40,299 nt of DNA from Escherichia phage UFJF_EcSW4. The stretch lies in sequence record PP856269; one strand, given 5' to 3'. Below the pieces are notes generated by a model. The model searched no databases and was not told where the DNA came from. It was given only the letters and a program-made list of their open reading frames with translations. The stretch's first letter is position 1. The number at the start of each line of letters is the position of its first letter. This document shows, one piece after another, positions 7,841 through 18,437 of the stretch. A program made the translations under genes and the position numbers.

Positions 7841-8175
7841 TGACATACTGTGATAGCACCACATACTGTGAAGCATGTAATGGTGACGACCGCTTCCCTC
7901 ACGTTGGTAAACTTGTAGGTAACAAACTACAAGAAATTGATGGCGTCCGCAAGCCGTCCTACTATAAGGTCTTTGATGGTGTGGAATCCATTGAGATTAT
8001 CGCACGGTCAATGACTGTGAGTGAGTTCCGTGGGTTCTGCATGGGTAACGTCCTGAAGTATCGACTCCGAGCTGGTAAGAAGTCCGAGCTGGCTACTATG
8101 GAGAAGGACCTGAACAAAGCAGCCTTCTATCAGGAGCTGTTCGACCTGCATAAAGGTAAGTGCTATGACGCGTGA
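7840..8175 (+). CDS. DUF3310-family protein (gp1.7 C-terminal-like)
   Basis: 111 aa; the FRGFCMGNVLKYRLRAGKK...DLNKAAFY pattern resembles the DUF3310 signature recalled for the gp1.7 family; shorter than T7 gp1.7 (196 aa). Confidence 0.5.
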   Translation: MTYCDSTTYCEACNGDDRFPHVGKLVGNKLQEIDGVRKPSYYKVFDGVESIEIIARSMTVSEFRGFCMGNVLKYRLRAGKKSELATMEKDLNKAAFYQELFDLHKGKCYDA

Positions 8176-8392
8176 AGAACTTAAAGCTGTAGGGGTGAAG
8201 CGTAGAGCGCTCAGTTTTTACCGAGCATACAAGGCGCTACGTAAGGGTATGTTAGCGTTCTCATTAGGACACAGTGAGTATTGTGACTATGACCTCCTAC
8301 CGTTTGCTTATATGAAGACTCCTAGTATGATTATTAGGGTAGAGGAGTATGACCATTCTGACGACTGTGTAATGGTGAACCGATATGCTTAA
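8165..8392 (+). CDS. Hypothetical protein, 75 aa
   Basis: ORF overlapping the previous stop; no similarity recognised. Confidence 0.45.
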   Translation: MTREELKAVGVKRRALSFYRAYKALRKGMLAFSLGHSEYCDYDLLPFAYMKTPSMIIRVEEYDHSDDCVMVNRYA

Positions 8393-8479
8393 ACCAAGTG
8401 AGTGGTGCCGGGAGATGTACGAGAAGACTCTCAACACAGACTACATTACGTTATACAACCAATGGAAGGAGCGTGGTCT

Positions 8480-8650
8480 ATGACTGACGTAGAAAAGAAG
8501 TACATCGTGGAGCTTGAGGGACGCGTTCAGTCCTTCGAGGTTCCGTTGTACGCAAAGTCTCTTGAAGAGGCTACCCTGAAGTCCCAAGAGTATGAGGACG
8601 CTGGTTTTGTGGTCGGACGGATTCGTCCTGAGACTAAACTATCACTGTAG
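8480..8650 (+). CDS. 2: gp2-like inhibitor of host RNA polymerase
   Basis: 56 aa from the internal ATG with SD ggaagga; [14 protein letters not shown]...[10 protein letters not shown] matches T7 gp2 (SFEVPIYAETLDEA...AGFEVTRVRP). The track ORF starts at 8402. Confidence 0.8.
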   Translation: MTDVEKKYIVELEGRVQSFEVPLYAKSLEEATLKSQEYEDAGFVVGRIRPETKLSL

Positions 8651-8656
8651 GACAGA
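8634..8656 (+). promoter_or_regulatory. Phage RNAP promoter variant (CACTGTAGG; phi2.5-position)
   Basis: CTAAACTATCACTGTAGGACAG with one A-to-G change in the conserved core; overlaps the last codons and TAG stop of gp2. Confidence 0.55.
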
Positions 8657-8695
8657 CGTCAAGTTCGTAACTTTTAAATTAGGAGATTTACACCA

Positions 8696-9391
8696 ATGGC
8701 TAAAGAGCAACTGAAGACTTTCACCACTCCGGTAGCTGGTATCGTTGAGCCTTACGCATGGCTGAACAAAGCAGACACCAAGTTTAACGAGCGTGGTGAG
8801 CATAAGGTTAACCTGACATTCGACCTGAGCAACCCGAAGGTCCGTAAGATGATTGATGTCTTACAGAAGATTCACGACGATGCGTATGCGAAAGCACTCG
8901 CAGACCACGAGAAGAACCCACCTCAGGTTCAGCGTGGCAAGAAGCCTATTGAACCACGAGAAGGCGACATGCCGTGGATTGAGAATGGTGACGGTACTGT
9001 TACCATGAAGTTTAAATGCTTCGCGTCTTACCTGAAGGATGGTAAGTCTGAGCCTATCATATTACGGTTCTACGACACCGATGCTAAGTTAATCCGTGAC
9101 GTCCCGAATATTGGCGCTGGCTCAAAGCTGAAGGTCAAGTTTAAAGTCCTGCCGTTTAAGTGGAACGCTGCGACTGGTGCAAGCGTTAAGCTCCAACTTG
9201 AGTCCTGCCTTCTGGTAGAACTGAAGGAGTGGAAAGGTGATGGTGCTGGTGGCGATGGTGGCTGGGGTGACGATGAAGACCTCGGTACTGGCTACAAAGC
9301 GTCAACCGATGGTGACTTCGGGTCTGATGACTTCGGTGACGATGGTTCCGAAGGTGGTGACGATGATTCCGAAGGCGATTACAACTTCTAA
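8696..9391 (+). CDS. 2.5: Single-stranded DNA-binding protein
   Basis: 231 aa; GDMPWIENGDGTVTMKFKC, GAGSKLKVKFKVLPFKWNAATGASVKLQLES and the acidic C-terminal tail ending in F match T7 gp2.5. Confidence 0.95.
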   Translation: MAKEQLKTFTTPVAGIVEPYAWLNKADTKFNERGEHKVNLTFDLSNPKVRKMIDVLQKIHDDAYAKALADHEKNPPQVQRGKKPIEPREGDMPWIENGDGTVTMKFKCFASYLKDGKSEPIILRFYDTDAKLIRDVPNIGAGSKLKVKFKVLPFKWNAATGASVKLQLESCLLVELKEWKGDGAGGDGGWGDDEDLGTGYKASTDGDFGSDDFGDDGSEGGDDDSEGDYNF

Positions 9392-9840
9392 TGGCTACAG
9401 TGAAAAGCCTTAAGCAGCGACTCATGGTTTCGGGTGACTGCTGGCTTTTTACAGGCTGCGTTAACAACAAGGGCTACGGTCAGATTAGGCATAATGGGAA
9501 AACCATGCTTGCACATCGCGTAGCCTACGAGCTGATTACAGGTGAGGAACCTAACGGTGTTCTACTACACACTTGTGACACTCCGCTATGTTGTAACCCT
9601 GAGCATATGACTGTAGGAACCCAACGGGACAACCTTCAGGACATGCGTAACAAGGGGCGCGGTGTAAACCCTCCTCATGTTCCGGGAGAGAAGTGTGGTA
9701 TGTCTAAACTTACCAACACTAAAGTCAAGGAAATTAGGTCTTCCAGCCTTACCCAGCGACAGCTCGCCACAATCTACGGAGTGTCTCAGCCGACAATAGG
9801 TAAGATACTAAGGAGAGAAACATGGCGACACGTAATATAA
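9391..9840 (+). CDS. HNH homing-endonuclease-like protein with C-terminal helix-turn-helix (gene 2.8 position)
   Basis: VNNKGYGQIRHNGKTMLAHRVAYE...HTCDTPLCCNPEHMTVGTQRDN is an HNH_3-type motif; C-terminal LTQRQLATIYGVSQPTIGKILRRETWRHV is HTH-like; start overlaps the gp2.5 stop (TAATG). Confidence 0.8.
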   Translation: MATVKSLKQRLMVSGDCWLFTGCVNNKGYGQIRHNGKTMLAHRVAYELITGEEPNGVLLHTCDTPLCCNPEHMTVGTQRDNLQDMRNKGRGVNPPHVPGEKCGMSKLTNTKVKEIRSSSLTQRQLATIYGVSQPTIGKILRRETWRHVI

Positions 9841-10277
9841 GCAGGGGTCACTCGATAGGAATATACCGTTCCGGCCTTGAGGCCAAGAACCAAGAGTGGC
9901 TAGAGAAGAACGGAGTTAAGGCTGAGTACGAAATGTATAACATTAAGTACACAATACCTGAGTCACTCCATAGTTATTGTCCAGACTTTGTTCTTCCAAA
10001 TGGAATCATCGTGGAGACCAAGGGAATCTTCGCAGTCGAAGACCGTAAGAAGCACCTTCTGGTACGAGAACAGCACCCAGAGTTAGACATCCGGTTCGTG
10101 TTCTCAAGTTCACGCTCCAAGTTATACAAAGGGTCTCCGACCACGTATGGCGCATGGTGCGAAAAGAACGGCTTTAAGTATGCCGATAAGTTCATCCCGG
10201 TTGAGTGGCTGCGAGAGGCGACTGTACGTCTGCCTTCAGGTATCCTCATCCCCAAGAAGAAAGGAGTTAAGTTATGA
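9822..10277 (+). CDS. 3: Endonuclease I (Holliday junction resolvase)
   Basis: YRSGLEAKN...PDFVLPNGIIVETKG...DRKKHLLVREQHPELDIRFVFSSSRSKLYKGSPTTYG matches T7 gp3. Confidence 0.95.
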   Translation: MATRNISRGHSIGIYRSGLEAKNQEWLEKNGVKAEYEMYNIKYTIPESLHSYCPDFVLPNGIIVETKGIFAVEDRKKHLLVREQHPELDIRFVFSSSRSKLYKGSPTTYGAWCEKNGFKYADKFIPVEWLREATVRLPSGILIPKKKGVKL

Positions 10278-10498
10278 CTCAAGAAGTTAAGGTCGTTCGT
10301 AAGCGTCTGACCATTGATAAAATCCCGGTAGGCTATGCGTTTATCGTACACGGTAAGCCGGGTGAAGTGTACGTGAAGATTAGTAACTCTCACGTCTTCA
10401 ACCATAAGTTGCTCCAGATGCACACCACGGATGCTAACCGCTTCCAACGTCATCTGAACCTCGTAGCTGTAGAGCTGGTGGTGTACGATGGTGAGTAA
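10274..10498 (+). CDS. Hypothetical protein, 74 aa, between endonuclease I and the amidase
   Basis: ATG overlaps the gp3 stop (ATGA) and has an SD (aaaggag); T7 has no gene here. Confidence 0.5.
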   Translation: MTQEVKVVRKRLTIDKIPVGYAFIVHGKPGEVYVKISNSHVFNHKLLQMHTTDANRFQRHLNLVAVELVVYDGE

Positions 10499-10946
10499 GG
10501 TTCAGTTCAACCCACGGTCCCGCACTGACGCTATCTTCGTTCACTGTTCGGCTACAAAGCCAGATATGGACATCGGGGTAGAGACCATCCGTATGTGGCA
10601 CAAGCAGCAAGGCTGGCTGGACGTAGGCTACCACTTTATAATCAAGCGCGATGGTACTGTGGAAGAGGGTCGCCAGGTCAATGTCGTAGGGTCCCACGTT
10701 AAGGACTGGAACTCACTGTCTGTAGGCGTCTGCCTTGTAGGTGGAGTTGACGCTAAGGGCAAGTTTGAAGCTAACTTCACTCCAGCCCAGATGAACTCCC
10801 TGCGCAACAAGCTGGCTGACCTGAAAGTCCTGTATCCTCAGGCAGAAATCAAAGCACACCATGACGTAGCACCTAAGGCGTGTCCAAGTTTTGACTTGCA
10901 ACGCTGGCTGTCTACCAACGAACTGGTCACTTCCGACCGTGGTTAA
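10488..10946 (+). CDS. 3.5: N-acetylmuramoyl-L-alanine amidase (T7 lysozyme family)
   Basis: TDAIFVHCSATKP, WLDVGYHFIIKRDGTVEEGR, HHDVAPKACPSFDL and the C-terminal NELVTSDRG match T7 gp3.5. Confidence 0.95.
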   Translation: MVSKVQFNPRSRTDAIFVHCSATKPDMDIGVETIRMWHKQQGWLDVGYHFIIKRDGTVEEGRQVNVVGSHVKDWNSLSVGVCLVGGVDAKGKFEANFTPAQMNSLRNKLADLKVLYPQAEIKAHHDVAPKACPSFDLQRWLSTNELVTSDRG

Positions 10947-10970
10947 TAAACTCTAAGGGAGAATAGCTCA

Positions 10971-11186
10971 ATGATTAAACTTATCGAATTTCTTGGTCGT
11001 CTGGTGGTGCGTGGCTATCGTCGTGCTGCGGTTCTGGAACGAAAGGTAGAAAAGAAGACTGCTGACGGTGCGGCTGATGCTGCTGCTCTGGCTGACAAGC
11101 TGACCATCGCGTCACTGGAAGCTGGCATGAAGGCACGTCAGGCTGACACCAAGGCTGACCAGTTGTCTCAGTTCTTCAAAGACTAA
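10971..11186 (+). CDS. Hypothetical protein, 71 aa
   Basis: ORF with SD (aagggagaatagctca ATG); its stop TAA lies inside the following promoter. Confidence 0.5.
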   Translation: MIKLIEFLGRLVVRGYRRAAVLERKVEKKTADGAADAAALADKLTIASLEAGMKARQADTKADQLSQFFKD

Positions 11187-11204
11187 ACTATCACCTTAGG
11201 GATG
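11182..11204 (+). promoter_or_regulatory. Phage RNAP promoter variant (CACCTTAGG; gene 4 promoter position)
   Basis: ACTAAACTATCACCTTAGGGATG; two mismatches in the -4/-3 region, so probably weaker. Confidence 0.45.
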
Positions 11205-11254
11205 GGACCATGAGTCCTGTCCCTTTGTTCGCATTTGTGACTAAGGAGTGACCG

Positions 11255-11434
11255 ATGGTTACAGTTATTCTAGTTCTAACGCTTATCAGTGGTAGTGGGC
11301 AAACTATCAGCCAAGTACCTATAACAGCACCAACATTACAGGACGCATTCACAATATGTGACCAGTCCGGCTCAAAGTGGGCCGACAAGTTTGGCGATGT
11401 CTCAAACGTTGCAGCAGGGTATGAGTGTATTTAA
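11255..11434 (+). CDS. Possible small protein, 59 aa, hydrophobic N-terminus
   Basis: MVTVILVLTLISGSG...; preceded by TAAGGAGTGACCG ATG, almost the same 13-nt SD context that precedes the primase gene at 11445. Confidence 0.35.
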   Translation: MVTVILVLTLISGSGQTISQVPITAPTLQDAFTICDQSGSKWADKFGDVSNVAAGYECI

Positions 11435-11441
11435 GGAGTGA

Positions 11442-13145
<1,704 letters not shown>

Positions 13146-13187
13146 TCGGGACATAGCTGACTATAAGAATTTTACGGAGGACCGTTA

Positions 13188-13352
13188 GTGTTAAAGAAAC
13201 TTAAAGCTCGATACCACATGTTCATGTACAAATGGTGGAGCGATGAAGCAACCTGCCTGTCGAACATTCTGGGAGACCAGCGGTTCAACTCTGAGGCATG
13301 GAAGAAAGCTAACCGGAAGTTCATGTATCACTTCTTGCGTACAGACTTCTAG
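13188..13352 (+). CDS. Possible small protein, 54 aa (gene 4.3/4.5 position), GTG start
   Basis: GGAGGA followed at 6 nt by GTG; VLKKLKARYHMFMYKWWSDEATCLSN...; below the track cutoff; start uncertain. Confidence 0.3.
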   Translation: MLKKLKARYHMFMYKWWSDEATCLSNILGDQRFNSEAWKKANRKFMYHFLRTDF

Positions 13353-13354
13353 GT

Positions 13355-13395
13355 CTAGACTCAAGGTCATTCACAGCGAGTGGCCTTTATGATTA
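13355..13395 (+). promoter_or_regulatory. Conserved RNA element, candidate RNase III processing site (R4.7-position)
   Basis: CTAGACTCAAGGTCATTCACAGCGAGTGGCCTTTATGATTA; second copy of the element seen at 5828 and 37006. Confidence 0.4.
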
Positions 13396-13420
13396 GACTT
13401 ATAACTAAAGGAGAAGCAAT

Positions 13421-13852
13421 ATGAGGACTTGTAGTAGATGTGGCTATACAAAGGAGTCCACTGAGTTCAGGAAGACAAATGGGTGGTGCATATCCTGTGT
13501 TCGTGAGGATAATAGGTCGCGATATCATCGAAACAAAGGTACAGAGGCCGGTGAGGCACATCGCCTATCTGCCCGTAAGTCTTGGCTTAAGAAAGCCTAT
13601 GGTCTCACACTTGAGGAATATGACACTATGTTCGATAGTCAAAAGGGCAGATGCGCTATATGCTCAGACATTATCTTCAAGCATGGGTCTATTGAGAGTA
13701 AGAATAATGTAGCCCACGTTGACCATTGCCATGACTCAGGTATTGTTAGGGGATTGCTATGTGGTACATGTAATAGCGCACTTGGTAAGTTCGGTGACAA
13801 GTTAGCCGTGCTTAGGGCTGCTATAGCGTACTTGGAGAAATATAATGTTTAA
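13421..13852 (+). CDS. Endonuclease VII-type (HNH superfamily) nuclease
   Basis: 143 aa with CxxC...HVDHCH...GLLCGTCNSALG, the zinc/His-Me signature of the T4 endonuclease VII family. Confidence 0.75.
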   Translation: MRTCSRCGYTKESTEFRKTNGWCISCVREDNRSRYHRNKGTEAGEAHRLSARKSWLKKAYGLTLEEYDTMFDSQKGRCAICSDIIFKHGSIESKNNVAHVDHCHDSGIVRGLLCGTCNSALGKFGDKLAVLRAAIAYLEKYNV

Positions 13853-16016
13853 TCTCAACTCAATCTATGGCACAGATATAGAGACTGACGGTCTACTAGA
13901 CACTGTGTCACAGTTCCATTGTGGTGTTATCATTAACGCTGGAACTCAGGCTACTGAGAAATATGGTGTTGCCCCTATGACTGGGCTGACAGGTGGATTC
14001 AAAGAGTACATAGACCGCATAGAATCTATTATGGCATCCACTGACGGTATGCTGGTTCTGCACAATGGTGTGAACTATGATATACCAGCCTTGAAAATAC
14101 TGAAGAAGAAATACTTTGGTAAGAACCTAAATGTGAATAAGGGTCGAATTATTGATACCTTGGTGCTGGGGCGCTTGATGTATCCAAACATTAAGTTCTC
14201 AGACATGGGCGCAGTGAAATCGGGTCGTCTGCCACCTAGTATGATGGGACGTCAGTCTCTTGAGGCTTGGGGCTATCGTCTTGGTGAGATGAAGGGTGAG
14301 TACAAACACGATTACGTTGCCAAGTGCAAGGCCGAAGGTATAGAATATAAGGCTGGGGACGAATGGTTGTTCCCGTCTCAGGAGATGCTGGACTATAACG
14401 TTCAAGACGTTGTGGTCACACTGGCGTTGTTCAAGAAGTTCCTGACTGACAAGTATTACTTCCAGTCTGAACAGTTCGCTTTCGACCAGATTTATGCGTT
14501 GCGTCTGGAACATGATGCTGCGTGGACCTGTGCGAAGATGGAACGTAACGGCTATCCGATGAACACCGAGATGGTCGAAGGTTTATATCGTGAACTCACC
14601 GTCAAACGTGCAGAGCTGCTGGACAAGCTGCGTTCGACTTTCGGCAGCTGGTACGCACCAAAGGGAGGCAAGGAGTTCTTCAAGCACCCACGGACAGGCA
14701 AGGACCTTCCGAAGTATCCGCGCGTCGTGTATCCTAAGGTCGGGTCAGTATTCAAGAAGCCGAAGAACAAAGCTCAACGCTTAGGTCTGGAGCCTTGCGA
14801 GTTCGACTCACGAGACACGATGGAGGGAGCGCCGTTCACACCTATCACTTACGTTGAGTTTAATCCGGGAAGCGGGGACCACTTAGCGAAAGTTCTGATG
14901 GAGCGTGGTTGGGAGCCTGTTGACTTCACTGACACTGGGAAACCTGTAGTCGATGACGAGACGTTAGAACACGTTAAGTTACCAGACGCAGAGGCTCAGG
15001 CTTGCGTAGAGCTGGTCCGTGAGTATCTGGTAGTCCAGAAGCGCATCGGTCAGGCGGCTGAAGGTAAGAACGCATGGTTGAAACTTGTAGGTCCAGACGG
15101 ACGTATGCACGGTTCAATCAACCCTTGTGGAGCAGTAACCGGACGTGCGACCCATAGTTCACCAAACATGGCTCAGGTCCCGGCTAACGGTGCTCCATAT
15201 GGTGAGACTTGCCGTGGTGCTTTCGGTGCAGCGTGGAACAAGAAGGACGGTAAGCCAGACCCTTGGATTCAAGTGGGAGTGGATGCTTCAGGTCTTGAGC
15301 TTCGTTGTCTGGGGAACCGAGCGGCTCCGTTTGATGGTGGCGCCTATGCGAAGACTGTGGTCGAAGGTGACATCCACTGGGCCAACGCAGTCAACGCTGG
15401 GTTAGCACCTAACGTCCCACGCGATAAGTCCAGCCACGACCATGATGCTTTCCGTAACAACGCTAAGACGTTCATCTATGCGTTCCTGTATGGTGCAGGG
15501 GCCGCTAAGATTGGACTGATAGTCGGCGGTGGTAAGAAGGAAGGTTCAGCTCTCATGAAGAAATTCATTGAGGGTACACCAGCCATAAAAGACCTCAGGG
15601 AAGCTGTGAGTAAGACGTTAATCTCTGAGTCCAAATGGGTAGACGGTGAGAATATCGTGAAGTGGAAACGCCGCTGGCTTAAAGGCTTGGATGGTCGACG
15701 CATCCACATCCGGTCTCCACACTCAGCACTTAACGCCTTACTTCAGGGTGACGGTGCGGTAGTCTGTAAGCACTGGATGGTACTGACTGAGAAGAAACTT
15801 GAAGAGGCTGGTTACGGTAACGGATGGGACGGCGACTTTGCGCTAATGGCTTGGATTCACGATGAATTGCAGATAGCGTGCCGTACTCAGGAGATAGCAG
15901 AAGATGTCGTCCGTATCGCTCAAGAGGCGATGCGCGAGGTCGGACGCTTCTATAACTTCAAGTGTGACCTTGATACGGAGGGTAAGATTGGACCAACGTG
16001 GAAAGAGTGTCATTGA
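13845..16016 (+). CDS. 5: DNA polymerase (family A, with 3'-5' exonuclease domain)
   Basis: 723 aa; FHCGVI, LEAWGYRLGEMKGEYK, DYNVQDVVVT, GAVTGRATHSSPNMAQVP, DASGLELRCLG, NAKTFIYAFLYGAG, HDELQ match T7 gp5; the frame is contiguous with no intein or intron. Confidence 0.97.
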   Translation: MFNLNSIYGTDIETDGLLDTVSQFHCGVIINAGTQATEKYGVAPMTGLTGGFKEYIDRIESIMASTDGMLVLHNGVNYDIPALKILKKKYFGKNLNVNKGRIIDTLVLGRLMYPNIKFSDMGAVKSGRLPPSMMGRQSLEAWGYRLGEMKGEYKHDYVAKCKAEGIEYKAGDEWLFPSQEMLDYNVQDVVVTLALFKKFLTDKYYFQSEQFAFDQIYALRLEHDAAWTCAKMERNGYPMNTEMVEGLYRELTVKRAELLDKLRSTFGSWYAPKGGKEFFKHPRTGKDLPKYPRVVYPKVGSVFKKPKNKAQRLGLEPCEFDSRDTMEGAPFTPITYVEFNPGSGDHLAKVLMERGWEPVDFTDTGKPVVDDETLEHVKLPDAEAQACVELVREYLVVQKRIGQAAEGKNAWLKLVGPDGRMHGSINPCGAVTGRATHSSPNMAQVPANGAPYGETCRGAFGAAWNKKDGKPDPWIQVGVDASGLELRCLGNRAAPFDGGAYAKTVVEGDIHWANAVNAGLAPNVPRDKSSHDHDAFRNNAKTFIYAFLYGAGAAKIGLIVGGGKKEGSALMKKFIEGTPAIKDLREAVSKTLISESKWVDGENIVKWKRRWLKGLDGRRIHIRSPHSALNALLQGDGAVVCKHWMVLTEKKLEEAGYGNGWDGDFALMAWIHDELQIACRTQEIAEDVVRIAQEAMREVGRFYNFKCDLDTEGKIGPTWKECH

Positions 16017-16047
16017 CCCTCGAACCCAGACCCTACGCTTCCACACC

Positions 16048-16329
16048 ATGCCTACCGGATGTATCGTCTGCGTGTCCCACAAGAGGAACCAAGATGGGTA
16101 CTTCCGGTACTCCATGGGAAGTTACAGGAAGGGCAACAAGTTCGCCTTCATGTTCCACCGATGGGTGTGGGAGCAGAAGCGCGGACCTATACCAAATGGC
16201 TACGAAATAGACCATTTGTGCTTGAACCGTGGGTGCTGCAACATAGAGCATCTACAGTGTATTCCAAAACGCGAACACGTCATTAAGACGAACCGTGAGC
16301 GCAAACTTGTTAAGAAGGAGTGTCACTAA
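16048..16329 (+). CDS. HNH homing-endonuclease-like protein (gene 5.3 position)
   Basis: From the first ATG after the polymerase stop: GCIVCVSHKRNQDGYFRY...HRWVWEQKRGPIPNGYEIDHLCLNRGCCNIEHLQCIPKREHV. The open frame continues upstream to 15904, overlapping the polymerase 3' end. Confidence 0.7.
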   Translation: MPTGCIVCVSHKRNQDGYFRYSMGSYRKGNKFAFMFHRWVWEQKRGPIPNGYEIDHLCLNRGCCNIEHLQCIPKREHVIKTNRERKLVKKECH

Positions 16330-16487
16330 TGGAGACTTACACCGAACAGGAGGTCAAAGACCTGATGCGGTCAGCTTGGTGGTGTGGACACGAGGAGTCT
16401 CGCTATAGTCCAAACCTCAGCGGACAGTGCAGTCGAGACATTCGTGAAATTCTTAAAGAACATAACGAAGAAGAAGGAGAAGGCTAA
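16329..16487 (+). CDS. Possible small protein, 52 aa
   Basis: ATG overlaps the upstream TAA and its own stop overlaps the next ATG (TAATG at both ends); METYTEQEVKDLMRSAWWCGHEE... Confidence 0.35.
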   Translation: METYTEQEVKDLMRSAWWCGHEESRYSPNLSGQCSRDIREILKEHNEEEGEG

Positions 16488-16771
16488 TGGCTATTACTAA
16501 ACGTATTCGTGTGAGTTTTGATCTGAAGATGGTTGTTAACTCAAAGGAAGAAGAGACCATGTGTCGCCAACTGGCTGAGATGACTAAAGCCTACGCTGAG
16601 GGTGAGAAGCTGGATGGTCTTCAGATGGCTCTGGTCAAAACCGCAATCGAGTCAGGCCCTGAGTCTGCCCTTGAAATTGCCCTCAAGAAGACCATCAAGG
16701 AGGAGCTGGTAGACGCCTTTGGTGATGACCAGTTCGGAGTATCTAACCTGCGATTCGAGGTCAAGCAATGA
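16487..16771 (+). CDS. 5.5: gp5.5-like protein (H-NS-binding family)
   Basis: MAITKRIRVSFDLKM... versus T7 gp5.5 MAMTKRFKVSFDVTA...; similar length. Confidence 0.75.
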   Translation: MAITKRIRVSFDLKMVVNSKEEETMCRQLAEMTKAYAEGEKLDGLQMALVKTAIESGPESALEIALKKTIKEELVDAFGDDQFGVSNLRFEVKQ

Positions 16772-16977
16772 GTGAATACTTACGGGTCCTAGCGGCCCTT
16801 AAGTCCTGCCCGAAGACCTTCCAGTCCAACTATGTGCGCAACAACGCTGCACTGGTGGCTGAGGCTGCGAGTCGTGGACATCTAAGCTGCCTGTCTATGG
16901 ATGGGCGTAACAACGGTGCGTGGGAGATTACCGCTGCTGGCACCAAGTTCCTGAACCAACACGGAGGCTGCCTGTGA
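16768..16977 (+). CDS. 5.7: gp5.7-like protein
   Basis: LKSCPKTFQSNYVRNNAALVAEAASRGHLSC...GAWEITAAGTKFL is near-identical in pattern to T7 gp5.7. Confidence 0.85.
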   Translation: MSEYLRVLAALKSCPKTFQSNYVRNNAALVAEAASRGHLSCLSMDGRNNGAWEITAAGTKFLNQHGGCL

Positions 16978-17429
16978 AGATACCTGAAAGTCTGAAAGAG
17001 CTGGTCCTTGACATAGGTGAGTGTGAGTGCGAGAAGGAGCACCGCAAGTACGCTGAGTTCTACGCATCTTGGTCATACACCTTGACAGAGAAGGACGTTG
17101 AGTCCTACACCGAGTCTCCTTCTGAGGCTTATGAGTGGAGTCCGTTCATCGGACTGACCATCGTAGCCAGTGGTATGTGGAATGACAGCTACGGTTCAGA
17201 GGTAAATGACTGGGGAGTATATCGCCAGGTTGAGAAGGAGACTGAGATGTCTTCAAACTTCTGGAACCTGATGTCCCACCTCAACTCAGAGGACAACGAC
17301 ATGGCACATGAGTTCGCCAACAAATGGCTGAAGCCTGAGGTGACTCTGGAACGTATTGAGGAGCCTAAAGTTCCCTTGATGCCATATGCAGTCGCTATGG
17401 CTACAGGAGGTCTGGACGATGGGTGCTGA
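16974..17429 (+). CDS. Acidic hypothetical protein, about 152 aa (gene 5.9 position); start uncertain (GTG at 16974 or 16920)
   Basis: GTG at 16974 overlaps the gp5.7 stop with GGAGG 6 nt upstream; product is rich in Glu/Asp; no sequence similarity to T7 gp5.9 recognised. Confidence 0.5.
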   Translation: MKIPESLKELVLDIGECECEKEHRKYAEFYASWSYTLTEKDVESYTESPSEAYEWSPFIGLTIVASGMWNDSYGSEVNDWGVYRQVEKETEMSSNFWNLMSHLNSEDNDMAHEFANKWLKPEVTLERIEEPKVPLMPYAVAMATGGLDDGC

Positions 17430-18288
17430 GAAGAATATAGCTCTTGTTCTTGATGGCGATTACCTAGTATTCTCTTCTATGGCTGCTGCCGAGGAAGAGA
17501 CAGACTGGGGTGATGACATCTGGACCCTTATCTGCGACCACGAGAAGGCTCGCCGTATCCTTGAGAACACCATCGCTGAAATCGTTAAGAAGCGCAAGGC
17601 GTGGAAAGACGCTAAGATTGTGATGTGCTTTACTGATGATAACAACTGGCGTAAGGACGTTTTGCCTACCTATAAGGCTAACCGTAAGGGTTCTCGCAAG
17701 CCTGTAGGTTACAAGAAGTTCGTAGCCGAAGTGATGGCTGACCCACGGTTCAACAGCTTCCTGCGTCCAACGCTTGAGGGTGATGATTGTATGGGTATCA
17801 TCGGGACCAGACCTCAGATTGTCGGATGCGACCATGCGGTGCTGGTGTCCTGCGATAAGGACTTCAAGACCATCCCGAACTGTGAGTTCTTCTGGCTAAC
17901 CACTGGTGAAATCCTGAGTCATACGACTTCCGAGGCAGACTACTGGCACATGGAGCAGACCATCAAGGGTGACACTACAGATGGCTACGGCGGTATTCCT
18001 GGGATGGGTGAGGACATCACTCGTGCATTCCTTGACGAACCGTATTACTTCGTGCAGGAGAGCCGCGAGCTTAAGACTGGCAAGAACAAAGGCCAGATTA
18101 AGACTGAGTGGAAGAAGTATCCGAAGCGTGAAGACATGACGCTGTGGGACTGCATGGTTACACTGGCTGCTAAGGCTGGCATGACCGAGGAGGAACTTCT
18201 GGTCCAAGCTCAGGTTGCTCGTATTTGTCGAGCCTCTGACTATGACCCTAAGTCCAAGGAGGTCATCCTATGGACACCATCCATGTAA
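17419..18288 (+). CDS. 6: 5'-3' exonuclease
   Basis: LVLDGDYLVF, KIVMCFTDDNNWRK, YKANRK, KPVGY, SCDKDFKTIPNCEFFW, TIKGDTTDGY, WDCMVTLAAKAGMTEEEL match T7 gp6; start at the ATG with AGGAGG 9 nt upstream (track ORF begins at 17386). Confidence 0.93.
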   Translation: MGAEKNIALVLDGDYLVFSSMAAAEEETDWGDDIWTLICDHEKARRILENTIAEIVKKRKAWKDAKIVMCFTDDNNWRKDVLPTYKANRKGSRKPVGYKKFVAEVMADPRFNSFLRPTLEGDDCMGIIGTRPQIVGCDHAVLVSCDKDFKTIPNCEFFWLTTGEILSHTTSEADYWHMEQTIKGDTTDGYGGIPGMGEDITRAFLDEPYYFVQESRELKTGKNKGQIKTEWKKYPKREDMTLWDCMVTLAAKAGMTEEELLVQAQVARICRASDYDPKSKEVILWTPSM

Positions 18289-18414
18289 TTTACTGGGCCG
18301 GACTTCTGGCCCTTTACTGCATGTACAAGTGGTTCGGGTCGAACAACCGCCCTAAACACTGAGTCTAACCGATAGTCATATCCTATCAATCCAACAGTCA
18401 TCCATAGGTGAAAC

Positions 18415-18437
18415 ACTAAACTATCACTATAGGGACT
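18415..18437 (+). promoter_or_regulatory. Phage RNAP promoter (phi6.5-position)
   Basis: CACTAAACTATCACTATAGGGACTT; +1 at 18432. Confidence 0.75.

Noticed and set aside
9186-9470. 94-aa His/Arg-rich ORF on the minus strand
   Set aside because: Antisense image of the acidic C-terminal tail of the SSB gene; compositional artefact.
9974-10453. 159-aa ORF on the minus strand
   Set aside because: Antisense to endonuclease I and the following ORF; no start-site support; shadow ORF.
13845-16016. Possible intein or intron in the DNA polymerase gene
   Set aside because: The reading frame is contiguous and aligns along its length with T7 gp5 motifs without an inserted block.
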